From: Patescibacteria group bacterium
GTDB taxonomy: Bacteria; Patescibacteriota; Patescibacteriia; SG8-24; DYFX01
DNA: 64,000 nucleotides
NCBI GenBank assembly: GCA_030583805.1
Contig: CP129476.1
Coordinates: 437,453-501,452 of the forward strand
Direction: 5' to 3'
Shown here: one piece after another, positions 35,831 to 45,017 of the stretch
Numbering within the stretch: position 1 is the stretch's first letter
How the letters are laid out: each line of letters opens with the position of its first letter
The notes under the pieces: generated by a model
What the model was told of the DNA's origin: nothing
The model's database searches: none
Seen by the model: the letters and a program-made list of their open reading frames with translations, nothing else
Made by a program: the position numbers and the translations under genes

Positions 35831-37104
35831 GCGTGATCTTCTTCTCGGATGATTTCCGCTCCAACCTCAGCGAAGCGCGCCTCGATGCGCTCGTAGCCGC
35901 GATCGATGATTTCGGCTTCGTGAAGCACGGTCTCCCCATCGGCCAGAATGCCTGCGAGGAGCAGCGTGACGCCTGCGCGAAGGTCCAAGCTCCTGATTTC
36001 CCGGCCATAAAGCGGGGTCGGACCGGAGATCAGGACACGGTGGGGATCGCAGACGGTGGCGTTTGCTCCCATCTTAACCAATTCCTGGATGAAACCGAAA
36101 CGGCCTTCGTACAGGGGTTCCTGGATCAGGCTCGTGCCGACACATTGCGTCGCCAAGACGCCGAATGGCGCCATGAGATCGGTCGGGAGTCCGGGATAGG
36201 GCAGCGATTGGTACTTGTTGGCGCCGCTCAAGGCCGTGAGCGTTCCCGGAGCCGTGACGCGGATCGTATCGGTATCGATTTCGACGGACGCGCCGATCGC
36301 GCGGAGGCGTTGGGTGACGATATCGAGATGGTCGGGCCGCACGCGTTCGATCGTGAGATCTCCGCGCGTCAGCGCGGCCGCCACCATAAACGTTCCCGCT
36401 TCGATTTGGTCGGGGATGATGTCGTGCTCCGCCCCATGCAGCTTTTCGACTCCGTCGATGACGACCGTATGCGTGCCGTGGCCGGAAATCTTCGCCCCCA
36501 TCTTGTTCAGAAAGTCCCCGAGGTCCTCGACGTGCGGCTCGGCGGCGGCAAGCTTGATCGTCGTGCGACCCTTGGCCGTTGCGGCTGCCATCATCAAGTT
36601 TTCGGTCGCCGTCACGGAAAACTCCGGCAACACGACCGTTCGCCCTTCAAGGCCTTTTGAACGCAGCAGATATCCTTCGGCGCCGCGCTCGCACGTGGCG
36701 CCGATCGCGGTCAACGCGGTGAGATGCGTATCAAGCGGGCGGTTGCCGATAATGCATCCGCCTGGCTCCGGGAGTTCCATTTCGCGGAAGCGCGAGAGCA
36801 TCGGGCCCAAAAACAAAACCGACGAACGCATGCTGCGCATCGCCTTGCGATCCAGTTTCGCCGGATCAGCGTTCCGCGGATCGATCTTCAGTTCGTGCTC
36901 CCCCGCCCACTCGACGCGCACTCCGAGGCTTCGGAGAATGTCGAGCATGCGTTCAACGTCGCGAATACGGGGCACGTTTCTTAAGACGCACGGTTCGTCC
37001 GTCAGGAGCGTCGCCGCCAGGATGGGCGTGGCCGCATTTTTCATGCCCGCCACCTGGAGCCGACCGCGGAGCTTTTTTCCGCCTTGAATTCGCAATCGGC
37101 TCAT
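35827..37104 (-). CDS. murA: UDP-N-acetylglucosamine 1-carboxyvinyltransferase
   Basis: MSRLRIQGGKKLRGRLQVAGMKNAATPILAATLL... EPT fold with an active-site Cys region. True start is the ATG at 37102-37104. ATGA overlap with ctp. Confidence 0.85.
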   Translation of the reverse strand: MSRLRIQGGKKLRGRLQVAGMKNAATPILAATLLTDEPCVLRNVPRIRDVERMLDILRSLGVRVEWAGEHELKIDPRNADPAKLDRKAMRSMRSSVLFLGPMLSRFREMELPEPGGCIIGNRPLDTHLTALTAIGATCERGAEGYLLRSKGLEGRTVVLPEFSVTATENLMMAAATAKGRTTIKLAAAEPHVEDLGDFLNKMGAKISGHGTHTVVIDGVEKLHGAEHDIIPDQIEAGTFMVAAALTRGDLTIERVRPDHLDIVTQRLRAIGASVEIDTDTIRVTAPGTLTALSGANKYQSLPYPGLPTDLMAPFGVLATQCVGTSLIQEPLYEGRFGFIQELVKMGANATVCDPHRVLISGPTPLYGREIRSLDLRAGVTLLLAGILADGETVLHEAEIIDRGYERIEARFAEVGAEIIREEDHA

Positions 37105-37137
37105 AGTACGATTTGGTCGGTGACAGCATACTCCGCC

Positions 37138-38475
37138 ATGAACCCTCGCGCAAGACGATTTCTGAGGTGGACGTTCATTGCGACGTTCTTCGTGCTTGCC
37201 CCGGCCGTCATCCTTTCGACGGCCGGGTATCGTTATAATTTCGCCCGCGGGAGGGTCGAACGGACGGGGGTCGTGGTGCTTGATACCCGCCCGACGGGGG
37301 CGAGCATCAGCTTGAACGGCAAGCTTCAAAAGACCGAAACGCCGACGCAGCTCGGCAAGGTCACGCCCGGCACCTATGTCGTCCGGGTCGAAAAAGCCAA
37401 TTATCATCCGTGGTCGAAAACCGTCTCAGTCGGCAGCCGCGAGTCGGTGTTTCTGAACCAGATTTCGCTGTATCGGACGGACGGGCCGATTCCCGTCATC
37501 ACGCTCGGCTCGCCGGCAGAAGCGGCCTTCTCGCGCGACGTTCGCTACGGCGCGGCGGTTTCTTCGGCATCCTCCGGATCCGAACTCAGCGTGATCGACA
37601 CGAGAAACGGTTCGGCCTATCTCCCCTACCGATCGAGCGAAGACGCTGATGTCTTCCGTTTGCATTGGTCTCAGAACGGACGCCTGTTGCTTATTGAGCG
37701 AACCGGGAAAAATCCCGCTTTCCTGCTTTGGAGCGCCTACGATCCGGAGCGCGTGCGCGACCTTTCCGAAGAAACAGGCTTCGCCTTTACGGAAGCGTTT
37801 TGGGCGCAAGACGCCGACCGCTTATACGGCGTCGCGAGAAATATCCTCTACCAAATCGACACGGAGCTTTTTTCGGCCGTTGCCATGGGCGCCTCCGTCA
37901 CGGCGCCTACGATCGTGAACGACACGCTTTACGGTATCGTGACCGATGAAACGCCTTCTCTGGTTCGTCGCCGCTTGCGCGACACGGCTTTCGAAACGGT
38001 CGCGCAACTCCCCAACGCGCAGTTCGCCCCGGTCGCCACCGACGGACGGCGGGTTACGTACGCCGCGAGCAATGGCGACCATCTGTTCACGATCGACCCC
38101 TCCGGAGAACATCGTACGGCTTTCGAGGGTCGAGGCCGTGAAGGTGTCTGGTCTGCCGACAACACGCGCTTGTTCTACTGGAACGAGCTGGAGCTTCGTA
38201 TCCACGACGCGCGGACGGGAACGGATGAGCTCGTAGACCGCTTGAGCGGAGCGATCACGCAGGCGGCCTGGCAGCGGCCGGAGTGGAACGCGCTGTACGC
38301 CGCCAGCGGCACCTTGTACGCCATCGAAACGACGGACCGCTTTGGCCGACTGACCGTTCCCCTCGCAACATTTGAAACGATCGACCGTTTCGCCGTGGCG
38401 CCGAACGGCGATACCGCCTTTATCTTCGGAACACGCGACGACATAAGCGGCCTCTGGAAGCTGCGGCTGCGCTGA
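37138..38475 (+). CDS. PEGA-domain plus beta-propeller-like envelope protein
   Basis: N-terminal TM, then PEGA-like (TGASISLNGKLQKTETPTQLGKVTPGTYVVRVEKANYHPW) and a TolB-like propeller-like region. The ORF-track start at 37084 is TTG; the first ATG is at 37138. Confidence 0.5.
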   Translation: MNPRARRFLRWTFIATFFVLAPAVILSTAGYRYNFARGRVERTGVVVLDTRPTGASISLNGKLQKTETPTQLGKVTPGTYVVRVEKANYHPWSKTVSVGSRESVFLNQISLYRTDGPIPVITLGSPAEAAFSRDVRYGAAVSSASSGSELSVIDTRNGSAYLPYRSSEDADVFRLHWSQNGRLLLIERTGKNPAFLLWSAYDPERVRDLSEETGFAFTEAFWAQDADRLYGVARNILYQIDTELFSAVAMGASVTAPTIVNDTLYGIVTDETPSLVRRRLRDTAFETVAQLPNAQFAPVATDGRRVTYAASNGDHLFTIDPSGEHRTAFEGRGREGVWSADNTRLFYWNELELRIHDARTGTDELVDRLSGAITQAAWQRPEWNALYAASGTLYAIETTDRFGRLTVPLATFETIDRFAVAPNGDTAFIFGTRDDISGLWKLRLR

Positions 38476-38486
38476 CGCACGTAAAA

Positions 38487-38515
38487 ACACCACGGAAGCT
38501 TCCGTGGTGTTTTTA
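38487..38515. terminator. Bidirectional intrinsic terminator (aaaaa-caccacggaag/cttccgtggtg-ttttt)
   Basis: Perfect 11-bp stem with flanking A and T runs between convergent genes. Confidence 0.6.
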
Positions 38516-39586
38516 GATTTCGACGATTGCGTTGTCGCCGACCACGAGCTTGTGGCCGAGCGGCAGCGTGGCGTGCGCCGAGCTGATGGTCGCGTTCGCG
38601 CCGATCAGGCTGTCGACGATCCGTTTCGAGCAGTTGATATCCACGTTCTCGAAGACGACCGTATGCTCGATCTCCGTGTTATAGATTTCGACGCCGCGGC
38701 CGATGGACGTGTACGGCCCGATGTATGAATTCTCGATTTTGCAGTTTTCGCCGATCACGACCGGACCGCGGATCAAGACCTTCTGGCCGATCACGGTACC
38801 CTTGCCGATCGAAACTTTGCCCTGGATCACGGCGGTCGGATCAACTTCCGCGCCCTCGCGGCCGCCATCCGCCATCTCATTCAGCAAGAGCTGGTTGCCT
38901 TCGAGCAGGTCTTCCGGCTTGCCGGTATCTTTCCACCAGCCGGTGATTTCCTCGTAGCCGACCGCCTTGCCGTTCTCGATCAGCCAGGTATGGATGTCGG
39001 AGATCTCATACTCGCCGCGCGGCGACGGCTTGATGTGCGTGAAGGCCTCGAAAAACGTCTTGTCGTACACATAGATGCCCGTGACCGCATAGTCACTCTT
39101 CGGATCGGAAGGCTTCTCGTCGACGCGGACGATGCGCCCGTTTTCGATGTGCGGCACGCCGAAGCGCTGCGGATCCTTGACCTTGGAAAGCGCCAGTACG
39201 CAATTGAGCTTTTCCTGCTCGAACTTCTCGACGAAGCGCTTCAAGCTGCCAAGAACGATGTTGTCGCCCAGATAAAAGATGAACGGCTCGTCGCCCAAAA
39301 AATCCTTGGCGTTGTTCACGACGTGCGCGATGCCGAGCGGCCCGCCTTTCTGTTCGATATACGTGATGGAAACGCCCCAGCGCGCGCCGTCGCCGACGGC
39401 TTTTTGCAGCTCCGTTTCGCCAGGATTCATGCTGATGCCGATCTCCTTCACCCCGACCGCCGCCAATTTTTCGATGGCGTAAAAAATCATCGGCTTATTG
39501 GCCAATGGAATCAGGTGCTTGTTGATCGTGTACGTGATGGGCCGAAGGCGCGTCGCCCGGCCGCCCGCCGTAATGAGGGCTTTCAT
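38513..39586 (-). CDS. Sugar-1-phosphate nucleotidyltransferase (RmlA-like, long form with C-terminal left-handed beta-helix)
   Basis: MKALITAGGRATRLRPITYTINKHLIPLANKPMIFY (G-x-G-x-R motif); C-terminal hexapeptide repeats. Confidence 0.7.
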   Translation of the reverse strand: MKALITAGGRATRLRPITYTINKHLIPLANKPMIFYAIEKLAAVGVKEIGISMNPGETELQKAVGDGARWGVSITYIEQKGGPLGIAHVVNNAKDFLGDEPFIFYLGDNIVLGSLKRFVEKFEQEKLNCVLALSKVKDPQRFGVPHIENGRIVRVDEKPSDPKSDYAVTGIYVYDKTFFEAFTHIKPSPRGEYEISDIHTWLIENGKAVGYEEITGWWKDTGKPEDLLEGNQLLLNEMADGGREGAEVDPTAVIQGKVSIGKGTVIGQKVLIRGPVVIGENCKIENSYIGPYTSIGRGVEIYNTEIEHTVVFENVDINCSKRIVDSLIGANATISSAHATLPLGHKLVVGDNAIVEI

Positions 39587-39600
39587 ATCTCGCTTTCACG

Positions 39601-39630
39601 CTAGCAAAAAACCCCTTGGAGATCAAGGGG
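39601..39630 (-). terminator. Intrinsic terminator ending the long minus-strand operon (aacccctt-N7-aaggggtt with A-run on plus)
   Basis: gcaaaaaaccccttggagatcaaggggtt; on the minus transcript this gives a hairpin then a U-run. Confidence 0.45.
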
Positions 39631-40116
39631 TTACGGACATCGACAGGGCTTGGCGGTCACGGATTCGTCCGACGCGTACAGCGTCGAAGCGATCGAGAGC
39701 AAGATGCCGCCGGGACTGATCCGGACGCCGTGCCAGACCCCGTTCGGGATCAGCAATCCGTGCCCCGGATCATCAAGCACGATCTTGCCGCAGGACATCG
39801 CGGCGTGCAGGTCGAACTCGATCGCGCCGGCGAGCGCGACGATGATCTCGCGCTTGCCGCCATCGGGATGAACGTGACCGCCGCGAAGGCTCCACCCCGT
39901 TCCCGTATTCGTGATCCAATACACGCGCGGAGCCGCATCGTGAGCGAAGAATCCCGGCGCGATCTTCACGAGCTCGGCGACTGCGAGTTCGCCCGGCTTT
40001 GCGGTCGTGCCGCGTATGGTTTGCAGCGCAATGATCTTCCATGGCATTTCGATCATGCCGTTCTCCAATGCAAAAAGGTGCCGCCACAGTTCAGCACCTT
40101 TTTCCCCGCCCGTCAA
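39631..40116 (-). CDS. Cupin, FdtA/WxcM-like sugar 3,4-ketoisomerase family (possibly RmlC-like epimerase)
   Basis: RGGHVH, IVLDDPGHGLLIPNGVWHG blocks typical of WxcM/FdtA-type cupins. 4-nt overlap with the upstream transporter. Confidence 0.45.
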   Translation of the reverse strand: MTGGEKGAELWRHLFALENGMIEMPWKIIALQTIRGTTAKPGELAVAELVKIAPGFFAHDAAPRVYWITNTGTGWSLRGGHVHPDGGKREIIVALAGAIEFDLHAAMSCGKIVLDDPGHGLLIPNGVWHGVRISPGGILLSIASTLYASDESVTAKPCRCP

Positions 40117-41219
40117 TCTTCCTTGGCGATCTGTTCGACCGACTCGCGGAATTCTTTCTTGTAAATATCGATCAGCGCGATCGTGACGGACAACACGATC
40201 GGGCCGAAGAAAATGCCGTAGGCGCCGAACAGGTGCAAGCCGCCGAGAATCGAGAGCAGGATCAGCATCGGATGGATCTTGATGCGCGATCGCATGACTT
40301 GCGGCGTCAGGAAGTTGTCGACCAGGCCGATAACCAGCATGCTGATAGCCGCAAGAACCAGGCCGGACCAGAGGCGGCCGACGGCGAAGAGGTAGATCGT
40401 GAACGGTACGGTCACGAGCGCGGTACCGACAGCCGGAATGAAATTCGTCATGGCGATCATCGTGCCCCAGAAAACCGGCGCCGGCAGGCCGAGCGCAAAG
40501 AAGGCGATGCCGCCGACAAAACCCTTGATGAGCGAAATGACGAACTGCCCGTAGGCCACGGCCTTGATGGCGTCGATGATGCGGTCGGCGATCGACGTGT
40601 CGTCCTCGTCGGCCAGGGGCGAGAGATCGAGCAGCTGTCGCTTGAACTCGGCACCGTCCTTGAGCAGGTAATACATGCCCATGAGGAGGATGAAGAAGCC
40701 GAGCACGAAGGCGAAGGTGTTGGCGAAGAGCGATGCGACATTGGAGGTCAGGCTCGAGATCACCGGCTGCACGTACGTGGCGGCGTCGCGCACGGTACGC
40801 GTCGCTTCGGCCGCAATCGCTTCGGCCTGCTCCGGTCCGAGAATCTTGGCCAGCGAGTCGGCCACGTCTTCGAAACGCACCTGTTGGCGCACCATGTTGA
40901 ACAGCTGCACCGCCTCGGTTACGAGCGTGCCGACGACGAACAGGAGCGGCATGAGGATCAGGACCAAGGTCAGGAAGACCGTGGCCAAGGAAGCAAACGT
41001 CGAGTTACCGCGGAAGTGCTTCCGCAGATAGCGATAGACCGGCTGCATCAGGACGGCCAAGATACCCGAAAAGACCATGATGCTGAGGTACGGTCGGAAC
41101 ACGAAGAAAACCGTCACCAGCGTCACGGCGAAAATCGCCATGAAAAAGTAGACTTGGAGCTTGCGATAGCTCATATCAACGGACAGTATACCACAGAAAA
41201 ATAAAAACCGCGCCTTCAT
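40113..41219 (-). CDS. AI-2E family transporter (UPF0118/PerM-like)
   Basis: 8-TM protein with a conserved C-terminal region (GLVDNFLTPQVMRSRIKIHPMLILLSILGG). Confidence 0.65.
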   Translation of the reverse strand: MKARFLFFCGILSVDMSYRKLQVYFFMAIFAVTLVTVFFVFRPYLSIMVFSGILAVLMQPVYRYLRKHFRGNSTFASLATVFLTLVLILMPLLFVVGTLVTEAVQLFNMVRQQVRFEDVADSLAKILGPEQAEAIAAEATRTVRDAATYVQPVISSLTSNVASLFANTFAFVLGFFILLMGMYYLLKDGAEFKRQLLDLSPLADEDDTSIADRIIDAIKAVAYGQFVISLIKGFVGGIAFFALGLPAPVFWGTMIAMTNFIPAVGTALVTVPFTIYLFAVGRLWSGLVLAAISMLVIGLVDNFLTPQVMRSRIKIHPMLILLSILGGLHLFGAYGIFFGPIVLSVTIALIDIYKKEFRESVEQIAKED

Positions 41220-41518
41220 GCGGCGCAGTCGGATTGGGCTTGCAGGTCGCTTCGCCGTTCGGCGCCGGCGGCCTCCGATTCAATGCTTACGCTTTCGCGG
41301 GCCTTGGCCTGCTCCCATGCCGGAACGCACAGGCCTTGCTTCCCCTTCAGGGCGCGTCCGGCAAAGGCCGTGAGGCCGAAGACGGCGCCGAGAGGGAGAA
41401 GGCTGAACGTCGCCAAGTTGAAACCGCCGATCAGGCCCATGGCGACGTAGGCGATGACCGCAAGAACGATCCAAAGAACATCCGATTCCTCTCTACGCGT
41501 TTCGACCCGGGTGGTCAT
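41216..41518 (-). CDS. Hypothetical 100-aa 2-TM protein
   Basis: ATG at 41516-41518 (MTTRVETRREE...), then two hydrophobic helices. Confidence 0.35.
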   Translation of the reverse strand: MTTRVETRREESDVLWIVLAVIAYVAMGLIGGFNLATFSLLPLGAVFGLTAFAGRALKGKQGLCVPAWEQAKARESVSIESEAAGAERRSDLQAQSDCAA

Positions 41519-41610
41519 AAAAGAGGCTCGCTTTCTCCCCGCCGCCAGGCGGGACGATGAGAGAGAAGATATCAAAAAAGGCCTCCCGCGTCAAGGGTCG
41601 GCCGAAGGCT

Positions 41611-42246
41611 TCAGGCGAACAGGTAGCGCTCGCGCACGCGGGCGACGAAGTTGTCGTGATCGCGGATGTTGTAGACCTCGGCGTTCATGCCGACGGTCCG
41701 CGCCGCTTCGCAGAACTCTTCGTGATCGTCGACGAAGAGCGCCTCGTCCGGCTCGGTGCCGGCGATCGCGAGCCCGCGACGGAAGAACTCCGGTTGGGGC
41801 TTGCTGGCCATGACCTGGTACGAGAGGCAGTGCGCATCGAACTCGTTCATCACCTCCATCGCCTCGAGCTGACGGTGGCGCACCGGTTCGATATTCGACG
41901 CCGTGATGACGCGCGTGTGCCGCCTGCGTACCTGCCTCCACAGATCCACGATCGGCTGGTTGACCGTGAAGACGTCGCTGATCGCGCGATCGAACGTTTC
42001 GTCATCGCAGGTCATGGCGAACGTGTTTTTCATCACCTTCCGGTACTCGGGGTACGCGAGGTGGCCGCTCATGCAGGCATTCCACAGATGGCGGTAGTCG
42101 GCCTCGAAGATCATCCAGTGGAGCTCCTCGGCCGTCCGGCCAGGCGTGTGGAGCGCGAGCGCCGTACAAGCCTTGCGGTTGTCGAAATCCACGACCACCC
42201 TCCCGAGATCCGAAAGAACGGCCCAAATCAGCTTTTTTCCTGGCAC
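41611..42246 (-). CDS. HAD-family hydrolase (YihX-like sugar-phosphate phosphatase type), GTG start
   Basis: GTG at 42244-42246 preceded by an AGGAGG SD (6-nt spacer). The N-terminal LIWAVLSDLGRVVVDFDN resembles HAD motif I of the YihX subfamily. Confidence 0.5.
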   Translation of the reverse strand: MPGKKLIWAVLSDLGRVVVDFDNRKACTALALHTPGRTAEELHWMIFEADYRHLWNACMSGHLAYPEYRKVMKNTFAMTCDDETFDRAISDVFTVNQPIVDLWRQVRRRHTRVITASNIEPVRHRQLEAMEVMNEFDAHCLSYQVMASKPQPEFFRRGLAIAGTEPDEALFVDDHEEFCEAARTVGMNAEVYNIRDHDNFVARVRERYLFA

Positions 42247-42265
42247 GCAGCGCCTCCTGTGAAGG

Positions 42266-43186
42266 TTACTCCACCAAAGCCAGTTTTTCGCGCGTCTCCT
42301 CTTCCGTTTTTCGGAGCGTCGCGTCGGCCTCGTTGGAAGAAAGATTGTGCTTGAGGAGAGACAAGATGTCAACCAAACGCTCTTCGATCGGACGCATCGT
42401 AATGCCTTCGCCCTCCAGTTTGGCGATCGACAAGACGCAATCGACGCGCTGCGCCAACGTCATGCGGTTGAGTTCTTCTTTGGAAATCTTGGTGAAGACC
42501 ATCTCGGGCTTGAGGTGCGTCTTGAGAAGTTCGGCGATGCGGTACGGCGTCGTGACGCCCGGATTCGCGACGTTGTAGAGGCCGGTCGCATCCTTTTCGA
42601 GCAAGGCCCAGGTGACGTCCATCAAGTCTTCGACGATCGTGCAGGAGTTGGCGGTATCGATGAACTTCGTGTAGGTCAGCATCTTCACCAAGGCGTTCCG
42701 CGGGCTGACCATCGACGAGAGCAGCTGGCGCGGACGGAGCATGAGCACTTTCAAGCTGCCGCGCAGGGCGCGCTCGTTCAACAGGTTCTCCGCCCAGACT
42801 TTCGTCCAGGAGTAGTAGCACAGCGGGTGCGGCGCGTCGTCTTCCGTGCGGATGACGTCGGGCGTCGGACTTTCCTGCACGCAGCCGCTCGAGACGTGGA
42901 GCAGGTAGACGCCGCGCTCCTCGGCAACCTTGGCAATGACGTCGGCTCCCAGCACGTTGATATGAAAGGCCTCCAGCTTGTTCATCTCGCACCAGTCGAT
43001 GTTCGTCTTGGCGACGGCATTGATGATCAGGTCCGGCTGCGAAGCGGAAACCGCGCCCGAAACGAAGGCTTCGTCGCGGATGTCCCCTTTCGGCGATTCG
43101 ACGACGCAGCCTTTCGACGCGAAAAATTCCCGGTAGAGCGTGCCGAGCTGTCCTTGTCCGAAGATGAGTACGCGGGTCGGCTTCAT
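42266..43186 (-). CDS. rmlD: dTDP-4-dehydrorhamnose reductase-like (RmlD family NAD(P)-dependent reductase)
   Basis: LIFGQGQLG Rossmann, PDLIINAVAKTNIDWCE, LLHVSSGCV, YSWTK (YxxxK). Confidence 0.65.
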   Translation of the reverse strand: MKPTRVLIFGQGQLGTLYREFFASKGCVVESPKGDIRDEAFVSGAVSASQPDLIINAVAKTNIDWCEMNKLEAFHINVLGADVIAKVAEERGVYLLHVSSGCVQESPTPDVIRTEDDAPHPLCYYSWTKVWAENLLNERALRGSLKVLMLRPRQLLSSMVSPRNALVKMLTYTKFIDTANSCTIVEDLMDVTWALLEKDATGLYNVANPGVTTPYRIAELLKTHLKPEMVFTKISKEELNRMTLAQRVDCVLSIAKLEGEGITMRPIEERLVDILSLLKHNLSSNEADATLRKTEEETREKLALVE

Positions 43187-44208
43187 ACGGTTTCTTTCAG
43201 CGTTTCCTTATAGTAGGCGTCGTAGTACTTCTGGTACTCCCCCGTTTTCACGCGCTTCCACCATTCCGGATTGTCGCGGTACCAAAGAATCGTGGCGCGG
43301 ATGCCGTACTCGAACAGGATTTTCGGTTCCCAACCGAGCTCGTTCTTGATTTTTGAAGAGTCGATGAAGTAGCGGCGGTCGTGGCCGGGGCGGTCCGGGA
43401 CGTACGTCTTGAGCGATTCCGGCTTGCCGAGCGTCTCGAGAATCAGCGACGTGATCTCTTCGATCGAGAGCTCGACGCCGGTACCGATGTTATAAATCTC
43501 GCCGATCTTTCCTTCCCTCAGGATGAGGTCGACGGCGGCGCTGTGGTCGTCCGCATGGATCCACTCGCGCGTGTTTTTGCTGCTCCTGAAAAGCGGGAGC
43601 GGCTTGTCCTCCATCGCGTTGGTCGTAAAAAGCGGAATCAATTTTTCCGGAAACTGATGCGTGCCGTAGTTGTTGCAGCAGCGGCTGATCGTCACTTGCA
43701 TGCCGAACGAGTGGGCGTACGACATGACGACATGGTCGGAGCCGGCTTTCGAAGCGGCGTACGCGGAGCGCGGGTGGAGCACGTCGGTCTCCTTGAACGC
43801 GCGGTCTTCGTCGAGCGCGAGATCGCCGTACACTTCGTCCGTTGAAACGTGGTGGAAGCGCGTCACGCCGGCTTTGCGGCAGGCTTCAAGCAGCACCTGT
43901 GTGCCGAGCACGTTGTTGCGGAAAAAGGCGTGCGGGTCGAGCACCGAACGGTCGACATGCGATTCGGCGGCAAAATGGACGACCGCATCGACGCCTTGGA
44001 GCGCGCGCGCGACGTCGGCCGCCTCGCAAATATCGCCCTTGAAGAAGCGGTAGCGCGGATCGGCGTCGAATCCGCGCAGGTTTTCGAGGTTTCCGGCGTA
44101 CGTCAGCTTATCGAAATTCACCACCTCGACGTCGGGGCGATGCTTGAGCAGATAGCGGATGTAGGCAGAGCCGATGAACCCGGCGCCGCCCGTGACTAAA
44201 ATCCTCAT
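43183..44208 (-). CDS. rmlB: dTDP-glucose 4,6-dehydratase
   Basis: MRILVTGGAGFIGSAYIRYLL, HFAAESHVDRS, YAASKAGSDHVV, IHADDHSAAV match RmlB signatures. 4-nt overlap with rmlD. Confidence 0.85.
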   Translation of the reverse strand: MRILVTGGAGFIGSAYIRYLLKHRPDVEVVNFDKLTYAGNLENLRGFDADPRYRFFKGDICEAADVARALQGVDAVVHFAAESHVDRSVLDPHAFFRNNVLGTQVLLEACRKAGVTRFHHVSTDEVYGDLALDEDRAFKETDVLHPRSAYAASKAGSDHVVMSYAHSFGMQVTISRCCNNYGTHQFPEKLIPLFTTNAMEDKPLPLFRSSKNTREWIHADDHSAAVDLILREGKIGEIYNIGTGVELSIEEITSLILETLGKPESLKTYVPDRPGHDRRYFIDSSKIKNELGWEPKILFEYGIRATILWYRDNPEWWKRVKTGEYQKYYDAYYKETLKETV

Positions 44209-44211
44209 ATT

Positions 44212-44637
44212 TCAGCCTAAGCTAAGCACATTTCTGATTTTTTGTCCAACCTCAGCGATTTCCCCATCCTGATAAGGCTTGCCATGCCAATGCTCGAGAC
44301 CGTCGCCTTCGAAACGCGGAATGACATGCATGTGGAGATGGTAAATGACTTGGCCGGCGGTTTGGCCATTGTTGACACCGATGTTGAAACCGGTCGCCCC
44401 GAACGCCTTCATGACCGCCCGCCCCATGCGCTGAGCGACCAATGCGATGGCTTGGATGGACTCTTCGGGTGCATCCGCAAACGTATCGGCATGCGCTTTC
44501 GGCAGAACGAGCACGTGTCCGGGATTATTCGGTTTGATGTCGACGAAGACGAGAACCGTATCGTCTTCATAGACGATCTCGGCCGGAAGTTCCTTTCTGA
44601 CGAATTTGCAAAACAGGCAATCTTGCATAGTGTTCAT
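44212..44637 (-). CDS. HIT-family (Hint-like) nucleotide hydrolase
   Basis: CLFCKF...HVLVLPKAH...HLHMHVIPR histidine triad. Real start is the ATG at 44635-44637 (MNTMQDCLFCK); the ORF-track extension to 45024 is a different, overlapped gene region. Confidence 0.7.
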   Translation of the reverse strand: MNTMQDCLFCKFVRKELPAEIVYEDDTVLVFVDIKPNNPGHVLVLPKAHADTFADAPEESIQAIALVAQRMGRAVMKAFGATGFNIGVNNGQTAGQVIYHLHMHVIPRFEGDGLEHWHGKPYQDGEIAEVGQKIRNVLSLG

Positions 44638-45017
44638 TCTTTTTTGGAGAAGATGGGCCAGGCGACCAGAACCGCCAACAGGATACCCCCCGCCGCCGCA
44701 GCGCGCCAGAAGAGACGCAGCGTCTCCGGCAGAAGCAGCCAGACGGCCGGCGCGAGCAGCAGCGTTCCGAAACGCAGGAGCGCATGCGCGGCCGCCGCCG
44801 GTCGATGCGCCTCCTCCGAAACGGCCGCGCGCGGCTGCGTAAGCATCACGGCGCACGAAGCCGCCACGACGAAAACCAAAAGCCACAGCATGTTGAACGC
44901 GCGCGAAACGAATCCCCGCTCGACGGCTTCCAACATGATACAGACGACCAAAACGAACAGCCCGGCGCCCCAGGCGTCGATCGCCATTTGATGCAGGATC
45001 GCTTTCGGCGTTTTCAT
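44634..45017 (-). CDS. Hypothetical 127-aa 4-TM membrane protein hidden inside the extended HIT ORF region
   Basis: ORF 44634..45017 (ATG). ATGA overlaps at both ends with neighbours; hydrophobic helices throughout. Confidence 0.45.
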   Translation of the reverse strand: MKTPKAILHQMAIDAWGAGLFVLVVCIMLEAVERGFVSRAFNMLWLLVFVVAASCAVMLTQPRAAVSEEAHRPAAAAHALLRFGTLLLAPAVWLLLPETLRLFWRAAAAGGILLAVLVAWPIFSKKE